Assembly (NCBI GenBank): GCA_965214405.1
Contig: OZ243956.1
Coordinates: 224,001 to 288,000, forward strand
Direction: 5' to 3'
From: Trueperaceae bacterium
GTDB taxonomy: Bacteria; Deinococcota; Deinococci; Deinococcales; Trueperaceae
Length of the DNA stretch: 64,000 nucleotides
Translations under genes and position numbers: made by a program
Shown here: piece after piece, positions 20,699 through 31,038 of the stretch
Position numbering within the stretch: position 1 is the stretch's first letter
Layout of the letters: every line of letters begins with the position of its first letter
The notes under the pieces: model-generated
What the model was told of the DNA's origin: nothing
The model's input: the letters and a program-made list of their open reading frames with translations, nothing else
Database searches by the model: none

Positions 20699-21592
20699 TC
20701 ACGACCCAAGAGAGGCAAAGGTGTCGCACGCGTTGGGGTCGCCCGTGTCGAAGCCGGTCGTAAACCATCTCATGCGCTGTTCTGAAGAGCCGTGGGTGAA
20801 GGTTTCCGGGTTCACGCTCCCGGTGGCCTGGCGTTGCAAGCGGTCGTCGCCGACGGCGGCGGCGGCGCTCAGGCCCTCTTCTAGGTCGCCGCGCTCGAGC
20901 GCCACATTATCGGTATGATTCACTTGGCCCCGCTCCTGATACGAGCGCCCCCACACCCCGGCGTAGCAATCGGCTTGCAGTTCCAACGCCACCGACAGGT
21001 CGTTGGCCTCGCCCGGATTCGCGCTCTGCAAGCGCCTTACTTCGTCGGCGGTGCCGAGCAAGTTCTGCACGTGGTGCCCGATCTCGTGCGCGAGCACGTA
21101 GGCCTGCGCGAAGTCGCCGGGCGCGCCGTAGCGGCTCCGCAGCGCGTCGTAAAAGGACAGGTCGAGGTAGATGTCTCCGTCTAGAGGACAGTAGAAGGGG
21201 CCGGTCGAGGCGGGCGCGTAGCCGCAGCCAGACTGGACGGCGTCGCGGTAGAGCACCAGCGTGGCGTCTTCATACTGGACACCGCTCCCCTCGAACATCG
21301 CCGCCCACGTCGCCTGCGCGTCGTCGAGCACTGCCGACATAAAATAGACCGTCTCCTCGTTGTCCGCGCTTCCCGTGATGGCGGGCGGCGAGCCTGGATT
21401 TGTGGTGACAGGTCCTGTTGTTCCCGTTCCCCCACCCACGAGGCTGAAAAAGTCCACCCCAAAGACCAGGCTGAGTACCAGCAACACCAAAAATCCCCCG
21501 ATGCCCATCGGCACGCCCACGCCCGAACGGCGGCTCCCGCCCCCCCGGCGGTCCTCTACATTACGGCTGCGTCCTCTATTTTCCCATTTCAT
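20699..21592 (-). CDS. YpfJ-like neutral zinc metallopeptidase
   Basis: SRNVEDRRG, GPFYCP, AHEIGHHVQ, ELQADC, FTHGSS. Confidence 0.92.
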   Translation of the reverse strand: MKWENRGRSRNVEDRRGGGSRRSGVGVPMGIGGFLVLLVLSLVFGVDFFSLVGGGTGTTGPVTTNPGSPPAITGSADNEETVYFMSAVLDDAQATWAAMFEGSGVQYEDATLVLYRDAVQSGCGYAPASTGPFYCPLDGDIYLDLSFYDALRSRYGAPGDFAQAYVLAHEIGHHVQNLLGTADEVRRLQSANPGEANDLSVALELQADCYAGVWGRSYQERGQVNHTDNVALERGDLEEGLSAAAAVGDDRLQRQATGSVNPETFTHGSSEQRMRWFTTGFDTGDPNACDTFASLGS

Positions 21593-21634
21593 CCTTCCAT
21601 AGTAGATGAAGCTCACCTTCACAAAGCGACAAAC

Positions 21635-21737
21635 GTCACAGGGGTGTCGATACGAATATGTGGATTGAAAGGTCTTTGGGCGTGGCGCAAGAAGCCGTGG
21701 TTACAGAGGGTGTCGATACGAATATGTGGATCAAAAG
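21635..21737 (+). CRISPR. Putative orphan mini-array (2 repeats, 1 spacer)
   Basis: GTCACAGGGGTGTCGATACGAATATGTGGATTGAAAG (37 nt) and GTTACAGAGGGTGTCGATACGAATATGTGGATCAAAAG separated by 28 nt; no cas genes in the window. Confidence 0.45.
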
Positions 21738-21816
21738 GGCGGCGCCGGGCGGTCTTTTGTACGCACTTCGCAAGCTCCCCCGCATAGCTTCCTCATAAGA
21801 CTTGCTATGATGAATC

Positions 21817-23271
21817 ATGATAACCCTCGAGAAACTCGACAACCCGCTAGAAAACGTCCAGAAGCGCTACCTCACGGACGCGTGGCGCGAGGCGCGAAAA
21901 ACGTACACGATTTACAACCCCGCGAACGGCGACCGTGTCGCCGAGGTGGCCGACTGCGGCGAGGCCGAGGCGGTGCGGGCGGCGGAAATAGCCACGGAAG
22001 CGTTCGAAAGCTGGCGCAACACCACCGCGTTCGAACGTTCCACCCTGCTGTTGCGCTGGCGCGACCTCATCATGGCGCACCAGGAGGAACTGGCGCGCAC
22101 GATGACGTGTGAAATGGGCAAGCCCATCACCGAGGCGCGCGGCGAGGTCGCCTACGCGGCGGGCTTTATCACCTGGTACGCAGAAGAGGCCAAGCGCGTC
22201 TACGGCGACACGCTGCCGAGCCACGCAGCCAATAAGCGCTTGTTCGCCATTAAACAGCCCGTCGGCCCGACCTTTGCGGTTACGCCCTGGAACTTTCCCG
22301 CGGGGATGGTCACGCGCAAGGCGGCCCCGGCCCTGGCGGCGGGTTGCACTTTTATTCTCAAACCTGCCGAGCAAACACCCTTAAGCGCACTCCATTTGGC
22401 CGCGCTCTGGGAGGAGGCGGGCGGCCCGGCGGGGACGCTGCAAGTCCTGCCGACCCTCGACCCAGGCCCGGTGGCGAACACGCTCATCGACGACCCGCGC
22501 ATCCGCAAGGTGACCTTTACGGGCTCGACGGAAGTGGGGCGGATGCTTTACGAACGTTCGGCGAAGACGATCAAGAAGATTTCCTTAGAGCTCGGCGGTC
22601 ACGCCCCTTACCTCATCTTTGAAGACGCCGACGTGGACCAGGCCGTAACGGAAGCCGTCGCCTGCAAGTTTAGGAACACGGGCCAGACCTGCGTCTGCAC
22701 GAACCGCATCTACGTCCACAGCTCTCTTCTAGAAGATTTCACCCGCCGCTACACGAAGGCGGTGGAGGCGCTCACCGTGGGCGACCCGCTTTCCGACGGC
22801 ACCCAAATCGGCCCCCTGGTCGATGAGCAGGGTTTCGAAAAAGTCAAAGCGCACGTCAAGGACGCGCTCGACAAAGGCGCGACGCTCGTGACGGGCGGTC
22901 ACGCGTTGGACGGGCTGTTTTTCGAGCCCACCATCCTCGCGGGCGTGACCGAGGACATGCAGCTTATGCAAGAAGAAACCTTTGGGCCGGTCGCGCCGAT
23001 TCTCTCGTTTGATGACGATGACGAGGCGGTGCGGCTTGCCAACAACACGCCCTACGGACTCGCCGCCTATATCTACACGAACAACCTTACGCGGGCGTTT
23101 GAGGTCTCAGAAAGGCTCGAGTACGGCATCGTCGGCGTGAACGACGGGGTGCCCTCGACGCCGCACACGCCCTTTGGCGGGGTGAAAGCGTCGGGTATCG
23201 GGCGCGAGGGGGGCAAGTGGGGCATCGAGGAGTATTTAGAGGTCAAATACATTTCGATGGCGTTACGATAG
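21817..23271 (+). CDS. gabD: NAD(P)-dependent succinate-semialdehyde dehydrogenase
   Basis: TPWNFP, FTGST, LELGG, FRNTGQTCVC, EETFGP. Confidence 0.88.
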   Translation: MITLEKLDNPLENVQKRYLTDAWREARKTYTIYNPANGDRVAEVADCGEAEAVRAAEIATEAFESWRNTTAFERSTLLLRWRDLIMAHQEELARTMTCEMGKPITEARGEVAYAAGFITWYAEEAKRVYGDTLPSHAANKRLFAIKQPVGPTFAVTPWNFPAGMVTRKAAPALAAGCTFILKPAEQTPLSALHLAALWEEAGGPAGTLQVLPTLDPGPVANTLIDDPRIRKVTFTGSTEVGRMLYERSAKTIKKISLELGGHAPYLIFEDADVDQAVTEAVACKFRNTGQTCVCTNRIYVHSSLLEDFTRRYTKAVEALTVGDPLSDGTQIGPLVDEQGFEKVKAHVKDALDKGATLVTGGHALDGLFFEPTILAGVTEDMQLMQEETFGPVAPILSFDDDDEAVRLANNTPYGLAAYIYTNNLTRAFEVSERLEYGIVGVNDGVPSTPHTPFGGVKASGIGREGGKWGIEEYLEVKYISMALR

Positions 23272-23373
23272 AGGCAGGGCGGTAGAGGCAGAACGGTAGG
23301 GGCAACGTTAGAAGGAGAACGTCTCAGTACGCGCTCGTCTTACGGCTCATCTTGCGGTGGGTTAAGCTTTGTC

Positions 23374-24525
23374 ATGCTTTCGGAACTCCGCTCGAGCGAA
23401 CCCCCAACACATCCTGACCCGCACCCCGCACCCCTCCCCTTTCTCGACCTCGCACCCGAAACGGACGCGCTCTGGGACGAACTCAACGCCGCTTTTCAAC
23501 GTGTGCTGAGGAGCGGGCAGTTCGTCATGGGTCCCGAGGTCGCGGCCTTTGAGGAGGAGGCGGCGCGCCACCTGGGCGCGGCGCACGCCGTCGGCGTGAA
23601 CTCGGGAACCGACGCGCTGCTCGTCGGCCTGCGGGCGCTCGGCGTGGATCCGGGCGACGAGGTCATCACCACGCCCTTTTCCTTTTTTGCGACTGCCGAG
23701 GCGATCAGCAACGTGGGCGCGGTGCCCGTGTTTGCCGACGTGGACCCGCACACCTTCAACCTAGACCCCGCCAGAGTCGCGGAGAAGATCACGCCGCGCA
23801 CCAAGGCCGTCGTGCCCGTTCACCTCTACGGCCTCCCTGCGGCGATGGACGACCTCAGTGAGATTGCCGAGGCGCACGGGCTTTTGCTGCTCGAGGACTG
23901 CGCCCAAAGCTTCGGCGCGCGCGTCAAGGGGCGGGCAACGGGCACGCTGGGTCACGCGGGCGCTTATTCCTTTTATCCGACCAAAAACCTGGGCGCTTAC
24001 GGCGACGGCGGCCTGCTCGTCATCCACGACGACGCCACCGCTAAGACGGCGCGGATGCTGCGCGATCACGGCGCGATGAAGCGCTACCACAACGAGGTGC
24101 TGGGCTACAACTCGAGGCTCGACGCGCTCCAGGCCGCCCTGCTCCGGGTCAAGCTGCCCTACGTCGACGCCTGGAACGAGGCGCGGCGGCGGGTGGCGGG
24201 GTGCTATAACTCGCTCCTGGAGGATTTTCCGAACGTCATCACGCCCGCGCTCGCTGAGGGCCACGTGTTTCACCAGTACACTGTGAGACTTGTGGACGTA
24301 GACCGCGACGCGGTGCAAGCCGAACTCAAAAACTTGGGCGTCAGCACGATGGTCTACTACCCCGTGCCGCAAGACCGGCTCCCCGTCTACCGGGGCCAGC
24401 ACCCCAGAAATCCCGTGAGTGACCGCCTCTCAGCCGAAGTCCTGTCGCTGCCCATCTGGCCCGCCATAACGCTTGACGCGCAGCGGCGCGTCGCTCAAGC
24501 CCTCGAGACCGCGCTGCGGAGCTAG
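23374..24525 (+). CDS. DegT/DnrJ/EryC1/StrS sugar aminotransferase
   Basis: NSGTDAL, EDCAQSFGA, SFYPTKNLGAYGDGG. Confidence 0.93.
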   Translation: MLSELRSSEPPTHPDPHPAPLPFLDLAPETDALWDELNAAFQRVLRSGQFVMGPEVAAFEEEAARHLGAAHAVGVNSGTDALLVGLRALGVDPGDEVITTPFSFFATAEAISNVGAVPVFADVDPHTFNLDPARVAEKITPRTKAVVPVHLYGLPAAMDDLSEIAEAHGLLLLEDCAQSFGARVKGRATGTLGHAGAYSFYPTKNLGAYGDGGLLVIHDDATAKTARMLRDHGAMKRYHNEVLGYNSRLDALQAALLRVKLPYVDAWNEARRRVAGCYNSLLEDFPNVITPALAEGHVFHQYTVRLVDVDRDAVQAELKNLGVSTMVYYPVPQDRLPVYRGQHPRNPVSDRLSAEVLSLPIWPAITLDAQRRVAQALETALRS

Positions 24526-24626
24526 CTCAACAGGTTTATGAACAGTGTTTGGTGCCCTAGCGCCTCTCCCCAATCTTGGTTCCTTCTAGTGCGCGCAATC
24601 TTTTGTAGAACGTGAAACCGGAAGAG

Positions 24627-25640
24627 ATGAGCACCGTCAGCGTCATTATCGTCAACTGGAACGGTCGGCATCATTTGGAAATTTGTCTGCCCGCCCTTTA
24701 CACCCAAGCGCGCCCGGCGGACGAAATCATCGTGGTCGATAACGGCTCCTCGGACGATTCTGTGGCTTTTGTGAGGGAGCATTATCCAGAGGCCAAACTC
24801 GTCGAGACGGGTGAAAACTTGGGCTTTAGCGGGGGCAACATCGCCGGATACGCGGTTGCGACGGGCGCGTACATCGTGCTGCTCAACAACGACACGAAGC
24901 CGCTGGTAGGTTGGCTCGAGGCGCTCGTGAAAAGCGCCGACGCGCGGGATGACGTGGGCGTCGTCGCCTCGCTCATGACCGACTGGGAGGGGCGCGTTAT
25001 CGACACCGCCGGGGACGGGTGCAGCGTGACGGGGCGGGGCTACCACCTGCACAAGCTCGAGCCTGTACCCGCGACGTTAGCATCAAAACTAGCATCAAGA
25101 GATGTGTTTAGCGCCTGCGCGGGGGCGGCGCTATACAAACGGGAGATGCTGCAAGAGATAGGCTTTTTGGACCCGCGCTTTTTTATGAACGCTGAAGACA
25201 CCGACCTGAGCTTCCGCGCGCAACTCGGCGGCTGGAAGGTTCACTTCTGCGCGCAGTCGGTGGTGCGCCACCGCATCTCCGCGAGCCAGGGCGCGGCCTC
25301 GGGGCGGAGCGTATTTTTTAACGCCCGGAACCACCTCTGGTGTTACCTGAAATGTATGCCGCTGCCGCTCATCATCCTGTACAGCCCGGTGCTGCTGGCG
25401 GAAACCCTTGCGCTCTGGATGCTCTACCTGACCCAGGGCAACGGGACGGCGTACGCGCGGGGCCTTATGGCGGCGGTGCGGGGGGCGCGGGAGGTGTTAG
25501 AGGAGCGCAAGCGCGTTCAGGCGGGGCGCAAGCTTTCGGTGCGGGCGCTCCACAAAAAACTCTCCTGGCCGCGCCTGATTGAGGCGGGGTTGGGGCGCGT
25601 CAAGGCATCTTCACAGTTCTCTTCAAATTCACGCCGATGA
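24627..25640 (+). CDS. GT2 family glycosyltransferase
   Basis: IIVNWNG, VVDNGS, NLGFSGG, LLNND, EDTDL. Confidence 0.9.
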   Translation: MSTVSVIIVNWNGRHHLEICLPALYTQARPADEIIVVDNGSSDDSVAFVREHYPEAKLVETGENLGFSGGNIAGYAVATGAYIVLLNNDTKPLVGWLEALVKSADARDDVGVVASLMTDWEGRVIDTAGDGCSVTGRGYHLHKLEPVPATLASKLASRDVFSACAGAALYKREMLQEIGFLDPRFFMNAEDTDLSFRAQLGGWKVHFCAQSVVRHRISASQGAASGRSVFFNARNHLWCYLKCMPLPLIILYSPVLLAETLALWMLYLTQGNGTAYARGLMAAVRGAREVLEERKRVQAGRKLSVRALHKKLSWPRLIEAGLGRVKASSQFSSNSRR

Positions 25641-26563
25641 GCCAGCCTGTAAAAACACCCGTCTGCGCGATTATCGTCACCTACTACCCCGACGACGACT
25701 TCGGCGCGCGCCTGGCCGTCATTGCCCGTCAGGTCGAGCACACCATCATCGTGGACAACGGTTCAGCACCGGAGACGGTGCGTAAACTCGCCGCGCTCAC
25801 GTCTGAGCGGGTTCAGCTCGTCACCAACGGGAAAAATTTGGGCGTCGCCGCGGCGTTTAACCGGGGGCTCAACGAGGCGCTGGCTCGAGGCTTTTTGTGG
25901 GCCGTCACCTTTGACCAGGACAGCCGCCCGGCGGAGGGGATGGTCGCGGCGCTTCTGGAGGTGGAAAAGCGTTCTCCCCCTCACGCCGCCCCCGTTGCCC
26001 TGGTCGGCCCCACCATCATCGACGAAAACGTGCCCGACGCCCCCTACCGCTTCCTGCGCCCGCACCCGCGCTTTTCCCTTTTACCCCAACGCGTCGGCAG
26101 CGAAGGGGGATTAGAGAACGTCACCTTTGTGATTTCCTCCGGCGCGCTCCTAAACCTGACGCTTTTTAGAAAGCTCGGCGGCTACCGCGAAGATTTGTTT
26201 ATCGACTATGTGGACACCGACTACTGCCTGCGCGCCAAACGCGCGGGCTACCGCGTCGCGGTGAGCGCCGCGGCGACGCTTTTTCACCACCGGGGCGCGC
26301 GCCAAAAGGTCGAGCGCTGGGGCCGCACCTTTCGGCCCACGTTTTACAGCCCCACGCGGTACTACTACTTGGCCCGCAACGGGGTCTTGATGACGCGCGC
26401 GCACGCGCTGCGCTTCCCGCACTGGTTTCTTTTCGACTTAGCCGCGACGCTCAATAACGTTTTGCGCTTGGGGCTCGAGGACGACCGCCGCGCCAAACTC
26501 CGCGCGGCGCTGGCAGGGCTGCACGACGGCCTGCGCGGACGCACCGGACCCAGACCCGGTTAG
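25637..26563 (+). CDS. GT2 family glycosyltransferase (rhamnosyltransferase-like)
   Basis: IVTYYP, VDNGS, FDQDS, ISSG, FIDYVDTDYCLR. Confidence 0.88.
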   Translation: MSQPVKTPVCAIIVTYYPDDDFGARLAVIARQVEHTIIVDNGSAPETVRKLAALTSERVQLVTNGKNLGVAAAFNRGLNEALARGFLWAVTFDQDSRPAEGMVAALLEVEKRSPPHAAPVALVGPTIIDENVPDAPYRFLRPHPRFSLLPQRVGSEGGLENVTFVISSGALLNLTLFRKLGGYREDLFIDYVDTDYCLRAKRAGYRVAVSAAATLFHHRGARQKVERWGRTFRPTFYSPTRYYYLARNGVLMTRAHALRFPHWFLFDLAATLNNVLRLGLEDDRRAKLRAALAGLHDGLRGRTGPRPG

Positions 26564-26805
26564 GTTTTATAGGGAACTCACCTTCTCGCGTAGGTTAGGG
26601 AATACAGAAGGCAAAAGAGATATAGAAAAGCCTGTCTGTGTTCTCCCTCCCGCCTTTTCCTTTCAGCACGTTGTGAACCCCGCCTCAGTGACCTGTGCGT
26701 GAGACGAGTAAGAAATGAAAGCAGCACTATTTTTCCTTGAAACGGTGCCCACTCCACTGACGCAAATTCAACAGCGTTTTCTCCCCCGTCCCCCTATACT
26801 CGCCC

Positions 26806-27228
26806 ATGCGCGGCTCTTTTCAAGTTCTTGCGGTGGCGGCCGTCATCTTTTTTGGCGTCGGCGAGTTTTTGGGCGGCTGGTACGTAGGCGTCGCGCCGCA
26901 GACGCCCGTGCTGGTTTATAAAAAGACCCACACCACAACCCTTACGCGGCGCGTCACTGGAGACACGTTTACCTTTGACTTGGGCGGCGAGGTGAGAGGG
27001 GGCACCGTGACGGTCGAGGGTCTTTACGAACGTCCCGCCTCCTACCAAAATCCGGGCCGGGCCGCCCTGCCGCCGCGCGAGCTCTTTAACAAACGCTTTG
27101 GTCCCGGCGAGAGGGTGCGCGTGGCGGAAACCTTAAAGGCGGGAACGGGCGTGTACCGGGTGCGAGTTACGTTCGAGGCGGCGACCGGGCTGTTTCACAT
27201 TGAGGTGCCCGCGGCGAGCGAGCTTTAG
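26806..27228 (+). CDS. Hypothetical membrane-anchored protein
   Basis: N-terminal hydrophobic helix followed by a beta-rich domain. Confidence 0.6.
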   Translation: MRGSFQVLAVAAVIFFGVGEFLGGWYVGVAPQTPVLVYKKTHTTTLTRRVTGDTFTFDLGGEVRGGTVTVEGLYERPASYQNPGRAALPPRELFNKRFGPGERVRVAETLKAGTGVYRVRVTFEAATGLFHIEVPAASEL

Positions 27229-27397
27229 CAAAGAGTGACGAGGGGTAAGGGATGAGGGGCTGTCTAGGGTAGTTGCTCCGGTAGCCAAGCGTTTTTAAGA
27301 GTTTCTCGCCGGGTCTACATTGCCTTTTCCACGTTTCGGGGTAGACTTCACGGCGTGTGCGCGGCTGTGGCAGGTGGTTGTGAGGGGTAGAGAGAGC

Positions 27398-28336
27398 GTG
27401 GAGGAGCTTGGGTCGCTCGAGCCCCTGCGCGAGTCCCGAGTCAGCGTCATTATCCCGACGCTCGACGCGGGACCCTTGGCGGAGGGTCTGGTGGCGGCGC
27501 TCTGCGAACAGACGCCGCCGCCCTCCGAACTCATCATTCTCGATTCAGAAAGCGCGGACGGGACGCCTGATGTATTTGAGCGGGCGGGGGCGCAAGTTGT
27601 GTCCGTCTCGCGTAAAGCGTTTCATCACGCAAGCGTGCGTAATCAGGGGGCAATGCTCGCTAAAGGAAACATTCTCGTCTTCTTGACCCAGGACGCGCGC
27701 CCCGAGCACCCGGAGTTTTTGGCGCGCCTCGCAGCCCCGCTCGCCGCGGGGGAGGCTGCCGCCGCTTTTGCGAGGCAGCGGCCCCGCGATGAGGCGACGC
27801 CGCTCGAGCGCTACGCGCGCGAGACCAACTACCCCATCCAGGGCCGCGTTGTCACGCAGGATGACGTGGCGCGGCTCGGGGTGCGCGCTTTCTTTTTCTC
27901 CAACAGCGCGTCCGCGGTGCGGCGTGACGTTTGGGAGCGCCTGGGCGGCTTTCCGGGACACACCATCATGAACGAAGACATGCTTTTCGCGGAAAAACTT
28001 TTGCGCGCGGGCGGGCGCGTCGCTTACGCCGCCGACGCGGTCGCGGAGCACTCGCACGACTACACGGTGTCACAAACTTTCCGGCGCTACTTCGACATCG
28101 GGGTGGTGTTCGCCCAGGCACCCGAACTCGACCAAACGTCGCTGGGCGGCGAAGGATTTCGGTATGTTGGCGACCTTTTAAGGTTTCTCACCGCGCGTAG
28201 ACTTTATACTTGGGTACCAAAAGCGCTTTTAGAGAGCGCCGCAAAGTGGGTGGGTTTATCTTTAGGGAAAAAACATCGTCAACTGCCGCGCGCGCTGGTA
28301 AGGCGCGCGAGTATGCACCGGGCTTACTGGCGCTAA
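27398..28336 (+). CDS. GT2 glycosyltransferase (RfbN/WbaN-like)
   Basis: VIIPT, FLTQDA, FFSNSAS, NEDM, HSHDY, RRYFDIG. Confidence 0.85.
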   Translation: MEELGSLEPLRESRVSVIIPTLDAGPLAEGLVAALCEQTPPPSELIILDSESADGTPDVFERAGAQVVSVSRKAFHHASVRNQGAMLAKGNILVFLTQDARPEHPEFLARLAAPLAAGEAAAAFARQRPRDEATPLERYARETNYPIQGRVVTQDDVARLGVRAFFFSNSASAVRRDVWERLGGFPGHTIMNEDMLFAEKLLRAGGRVAYAADAVAEHSHDYTVSQTFRRYFDIGVVFAQAPELDQTSLGGEGFRYVGDLLRFLTARRLYTWVPKALLESAAKWVGLSLGKKHRQLPRALVRRASMHRAYWR

Positions 28337-29682
28337 CAGTCGCGCGCTTTACCGTTCCCGTTTTGCTCGCGCTGTCCGACGTTGCGGCGATTATAGGGGC
28401 CATGTTCCTCGCCATATTCTTGCGCGACGCGGTGCTGCCCGCGTTTGGCTTGGCCCCCTTTAGCCCTATTCTGAACTACACGACGCTCTGGCCGGTCTTG
28501 GTGCTTTTTGTGCTCGCGCGGGCCATGTTCGGGCTCTATCCCGGCTACGGCGTCCATTCGGCGGAGGAGCTGCGGCGGGGCGTGGTGTCAACCGTGGTGG
28601 TGGTGTTTTTCGTGCTCGCGGGGAGCGCGCTCTTTCAGTTTTCGAGCGTCTACTCCCGCGCGGTCCTGGTGCTCGCGGGCGTTATCGTGCTCGTCGGGCT
28701 GCCGCTCGTGCGGGCTCTGGTCAAGGCGCTTCTCGCGCGCACCCCCTTTTACGGCGAACCCCTGTGGGTTATCGGCGCGTCGCCGCAAGCGGACGCGCTC
28801 GTCGCTATTTTGGAGCAGCGGCGCGTGCTGGGGCTGCGCGTGGCGGGACGAAGCTCGAGCCTGCCCGAGCGCCCGCTTTTCGTCCGCACCTGCTTGGTCG
28901 TCCCCGACCCCGCCAAAACGCACGTGCCCTCGCTTTTGGACGGGCTGTACCGGCGCTTCGAGCGTGTCTGGCTGGTGCCCGACTTGCTGGAAGTGGCGAG
29001 CGTGTGGGTTATCCCCCGCGACCTCGAGGGGCACATCGCCCTAGAGCTTCGCAACAACCTGGTCAAGCCCATGAACCGCATCCTCAAAAGGACGCTCGAC
29101 CTAAGCCTCATGCTCTTGCTCCTGCCCGTCGTCTTTCCCCTCTGTATGGTGCTGGCCCTGCTCATCCGTCTAGACTCCAAGGGTCCTACGCTGTTCGGTC
29201 ACGAGCGCGTGGGCAGAGACGGTGAAACCTTTACCGCCTGGAAGTTCCGCACCATGTGTACAGATTCGGACGCGCAACTCGCCGCCTACTTGACGAGCCA
29301 CCCCGAGGCCGAGCTCGAGTGGCTCGAGACCCGCAAGCTGCGCCACGACCCGCGCGTCACGCGCCTGGGTCGCCTTTTACGCCGGTTGTCTTTGGACGAA
29401 CTGCCCCAGGCCTGGAACGTCCTGCGGGGCGACATGAGCTTGGTCGGCCCGCGCCCCATCATGGCGGACGAGCTCGAGTGGTACGGCGACAAGGCGCACC
29501 TCTACACCCGCGTGCGCCCCGGCATCACCGGTCTCTGGCAGGTCTCGGGCCGCAACACCCTGAGTTACGCCGAGCGCGTCCGCTTAGACGCCTACTACGT
29601 GCGTAACTGGTCGCTGTGGCTCGACCTGGTCATCATGAGTCAGACGGTCGCGGTCGTCCTCAAGGCCGAGGGGGCTTATTAA
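28210..29682 (+). CDS. wbaP: Undecaprenyl-phosphate sugar-1-phosphate transferase (WbaP-like)
   Basis: KRTLD, WKFRTM, DPRVT, SLDELPQ, MSLVGPRP, YYVRNWSLWLD; start uncertain. Confidence 0.88.
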   Translation: MGTKSAFRERRKVGGFIFREKTSSTAARAGKAREYAPGLLALTVARFTVPVLLALSDVAAIIGAMFLAIFLRDAVLPAFGLAPFSPILNYTTLWPVLVLFVLARAMFGLYPGYGVHSAEELRRGVVSTVVVVFFVLAGSALFQFSSVYSRAVLVLAGVIVLVGLPLVRALVKALLARTPFYGEPLWVIGASPQADALVAILEQRRVLGLRVAGRSSSLPERPLFVRTCLVVPDPAKTHVPSLLDGLYRRFERVWLVPDLLEVASVWVIPRDLEGHIALELRNNLVKPMNRILKRTLDLSLMLLLLPVVFPLCMVLALLIRLDSKGPTLFGHERVGRDGETFTAWKFRTMCTDSDAQLAAYLTSHPEAELEWLETRKLRHDPRVTRLGRLLRRLSLDELPQAWNVLRGDMSLVGPRPIMADELEWYGDKAHLYTRVRPGITGLWQVSGRNTLSYAERVRLDAYYVRNWSLWLDLVIMSQTVAVVLKAEGAY

Positions 29683-29798
29683 CTCGGCGTAGGTTCGGCA
29701 CAGGTTTGACGCGCTTTCACTAGAGGCTCAGCGGAACATTTTTCTTTTGTAGGCGTTCTTTAAGAATCTTGTGAGACGGCCTGGGGCACACTGAGTCC

Positions 29799-30035
29799 AT
29801 GAAGCTCGAGCCTTTCCTCCGGGTCATAGCCAAAACCATCCTGCTGAGCAACGTTTTTATCGTGTTTGCGAACCTTTTCGCGCTGCTCGCTTACAGCCCG
29901 GTCCTGCCCGATCCAGCGCGTTTCGCGCTCCTCATCACCGCGCACGCCGTCGCCACCTTTTTGACCGCGGGTCTACTTACCGGCCGTGCGCTCAGCAACA
30001 CGCACCCATCGAGCTGTGGCCGTCAAGGCCGGTAA
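29799..30035 (+). CDS. Small membrane hypothetical protein
   Basis: 78 aa with two hydrophobic segments. Confidence 0.5.
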   Translation: MKLEPFLRVIAKTILLSNVFIVFANLFALLAYSPVLPDPARFALLITAHAVATFLTAGLLTGRALSNTHPSSCGRQGR

Positions 30036-30264
30036 CGGAGGCGTAGGGGGCGGCACAGGGCTCGAGCCCCGCGCACCTAAAAAACAGCGGTGTACCACGT
30101 AAAGCGTGTGCGACTCTTCACAAACTCCGTCACCGGTGTAACGACACCCGTACACACCCTTCGGGACGCTAAAAGACCTCCAAAGGAGCAAAAGTAAGTC
30201 TTCTGTAAGGATTTTGTAAGGAATCACCCGTTAAGCTCGAGCCCGTGCAGCCGAAGGAGCATCC

Positions 30265-30612
30265 GTGAGACACTGCAAGGGCTTTAGCACCACAGAACTG
30301 CTTATCGTGACAACCATCCTGGCCCTCTTGCTGGCGCTGGGACTACCCAATTTGCTTCACGCCAGAGCGAACGCCCGGGAGGCCAGCGCCAAAATCTACG
30401 CGACAACCGTTTATAAGGTCGCCCTTGCCCACATCCTCGAACCCGCCAACACCCTCGTCGAGGGCGACTGCAAAACGTCATACGTCGCCGGAAACTTGAG
30501 CGCGCCCGGCTCCAGCTACGTAAAATCGTGCCTCGTAAAAGATGCGGGGGACGGAACCCCGGAGGTAACCGTTGAGACGCTGGCAGGGACGATTTTCAGC
30601 CTTCCGCAGTAG
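30265..30612 (+). CDS. Type IV pilin (minor/variant)
   Basis: KG|FSTTELL prepilin site, hydrophobic helix, PNLLHAR, two C-terminal Cys; AAGGAG RBS. Confidence 0.85.
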   Translation: MRHCKGFSTTELLIVTTILALLLALGLPNLLHARANAREASAKIYATTVYKVALAHILEPANTLVEGDCKTSYVAGNLSAPGSSYVKSCLVKDAGDGTPEVTVETLAGTIFSLPQ

Positions 30613-30663
30613 AGAACACGAACTCACCACCTTCAAAAGAGCAGGCACCGATGGGCTTGGTGA

Positions 30664-30770
30664 CCTCGAGCCTTAGCCGAAGAGCCCCCACCCCCCTCGA
30701 GCCCGTGCATCACCGAACGACTTTGGGTAGACCCTAAGCCTGATAAAGCGTTGGGCGATTTTGGTAAGAC
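30664..30770 (+). repeat. CTCGAG-based spacer repeat block 1
   Basis: CTCGAGCC...CCCCACCCC...AACGACTTTGGGTAG...AAGCCTGATAAAGCG. Confidence 0.85.
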
Positions 30771-30774
30771 CACC

Positions 30775-31038
30775 TCAGTAAGCCCGGTGATGAAGGTCAA
30801 TGGCTTCAACAAAGACAGTCGCGCCGTCGCTCTCTACACGGAAGATGATGCGGTAGTTACGGACCCTCCGGCGGTAGCCCGAGACGCCTCGCAGCTTTTT
30901 CACGTCGCCCGCCCAGGGGTCTTGTGTCATCTCACCCAGCGCCTCTTCGACAGCGGCGGCGTCATTGGGTTGCTTTTGCGCTAAGCCGTCTAATTACTTC
31001 TGAACCTTACGCTTTAAGAGGACGTTGTAGGTTGCCAC
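30775..31038 (-). pseudogene. RelE/ParE toxin with an in-frame stop
   Basis: Manual translation MATYNVLLKRKVQK*LDG...DVKKLRGVSGYRRRVRNYRIIFRV...IDLHHRAY; TAA at 30994-30996. Confidence 0.85.
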
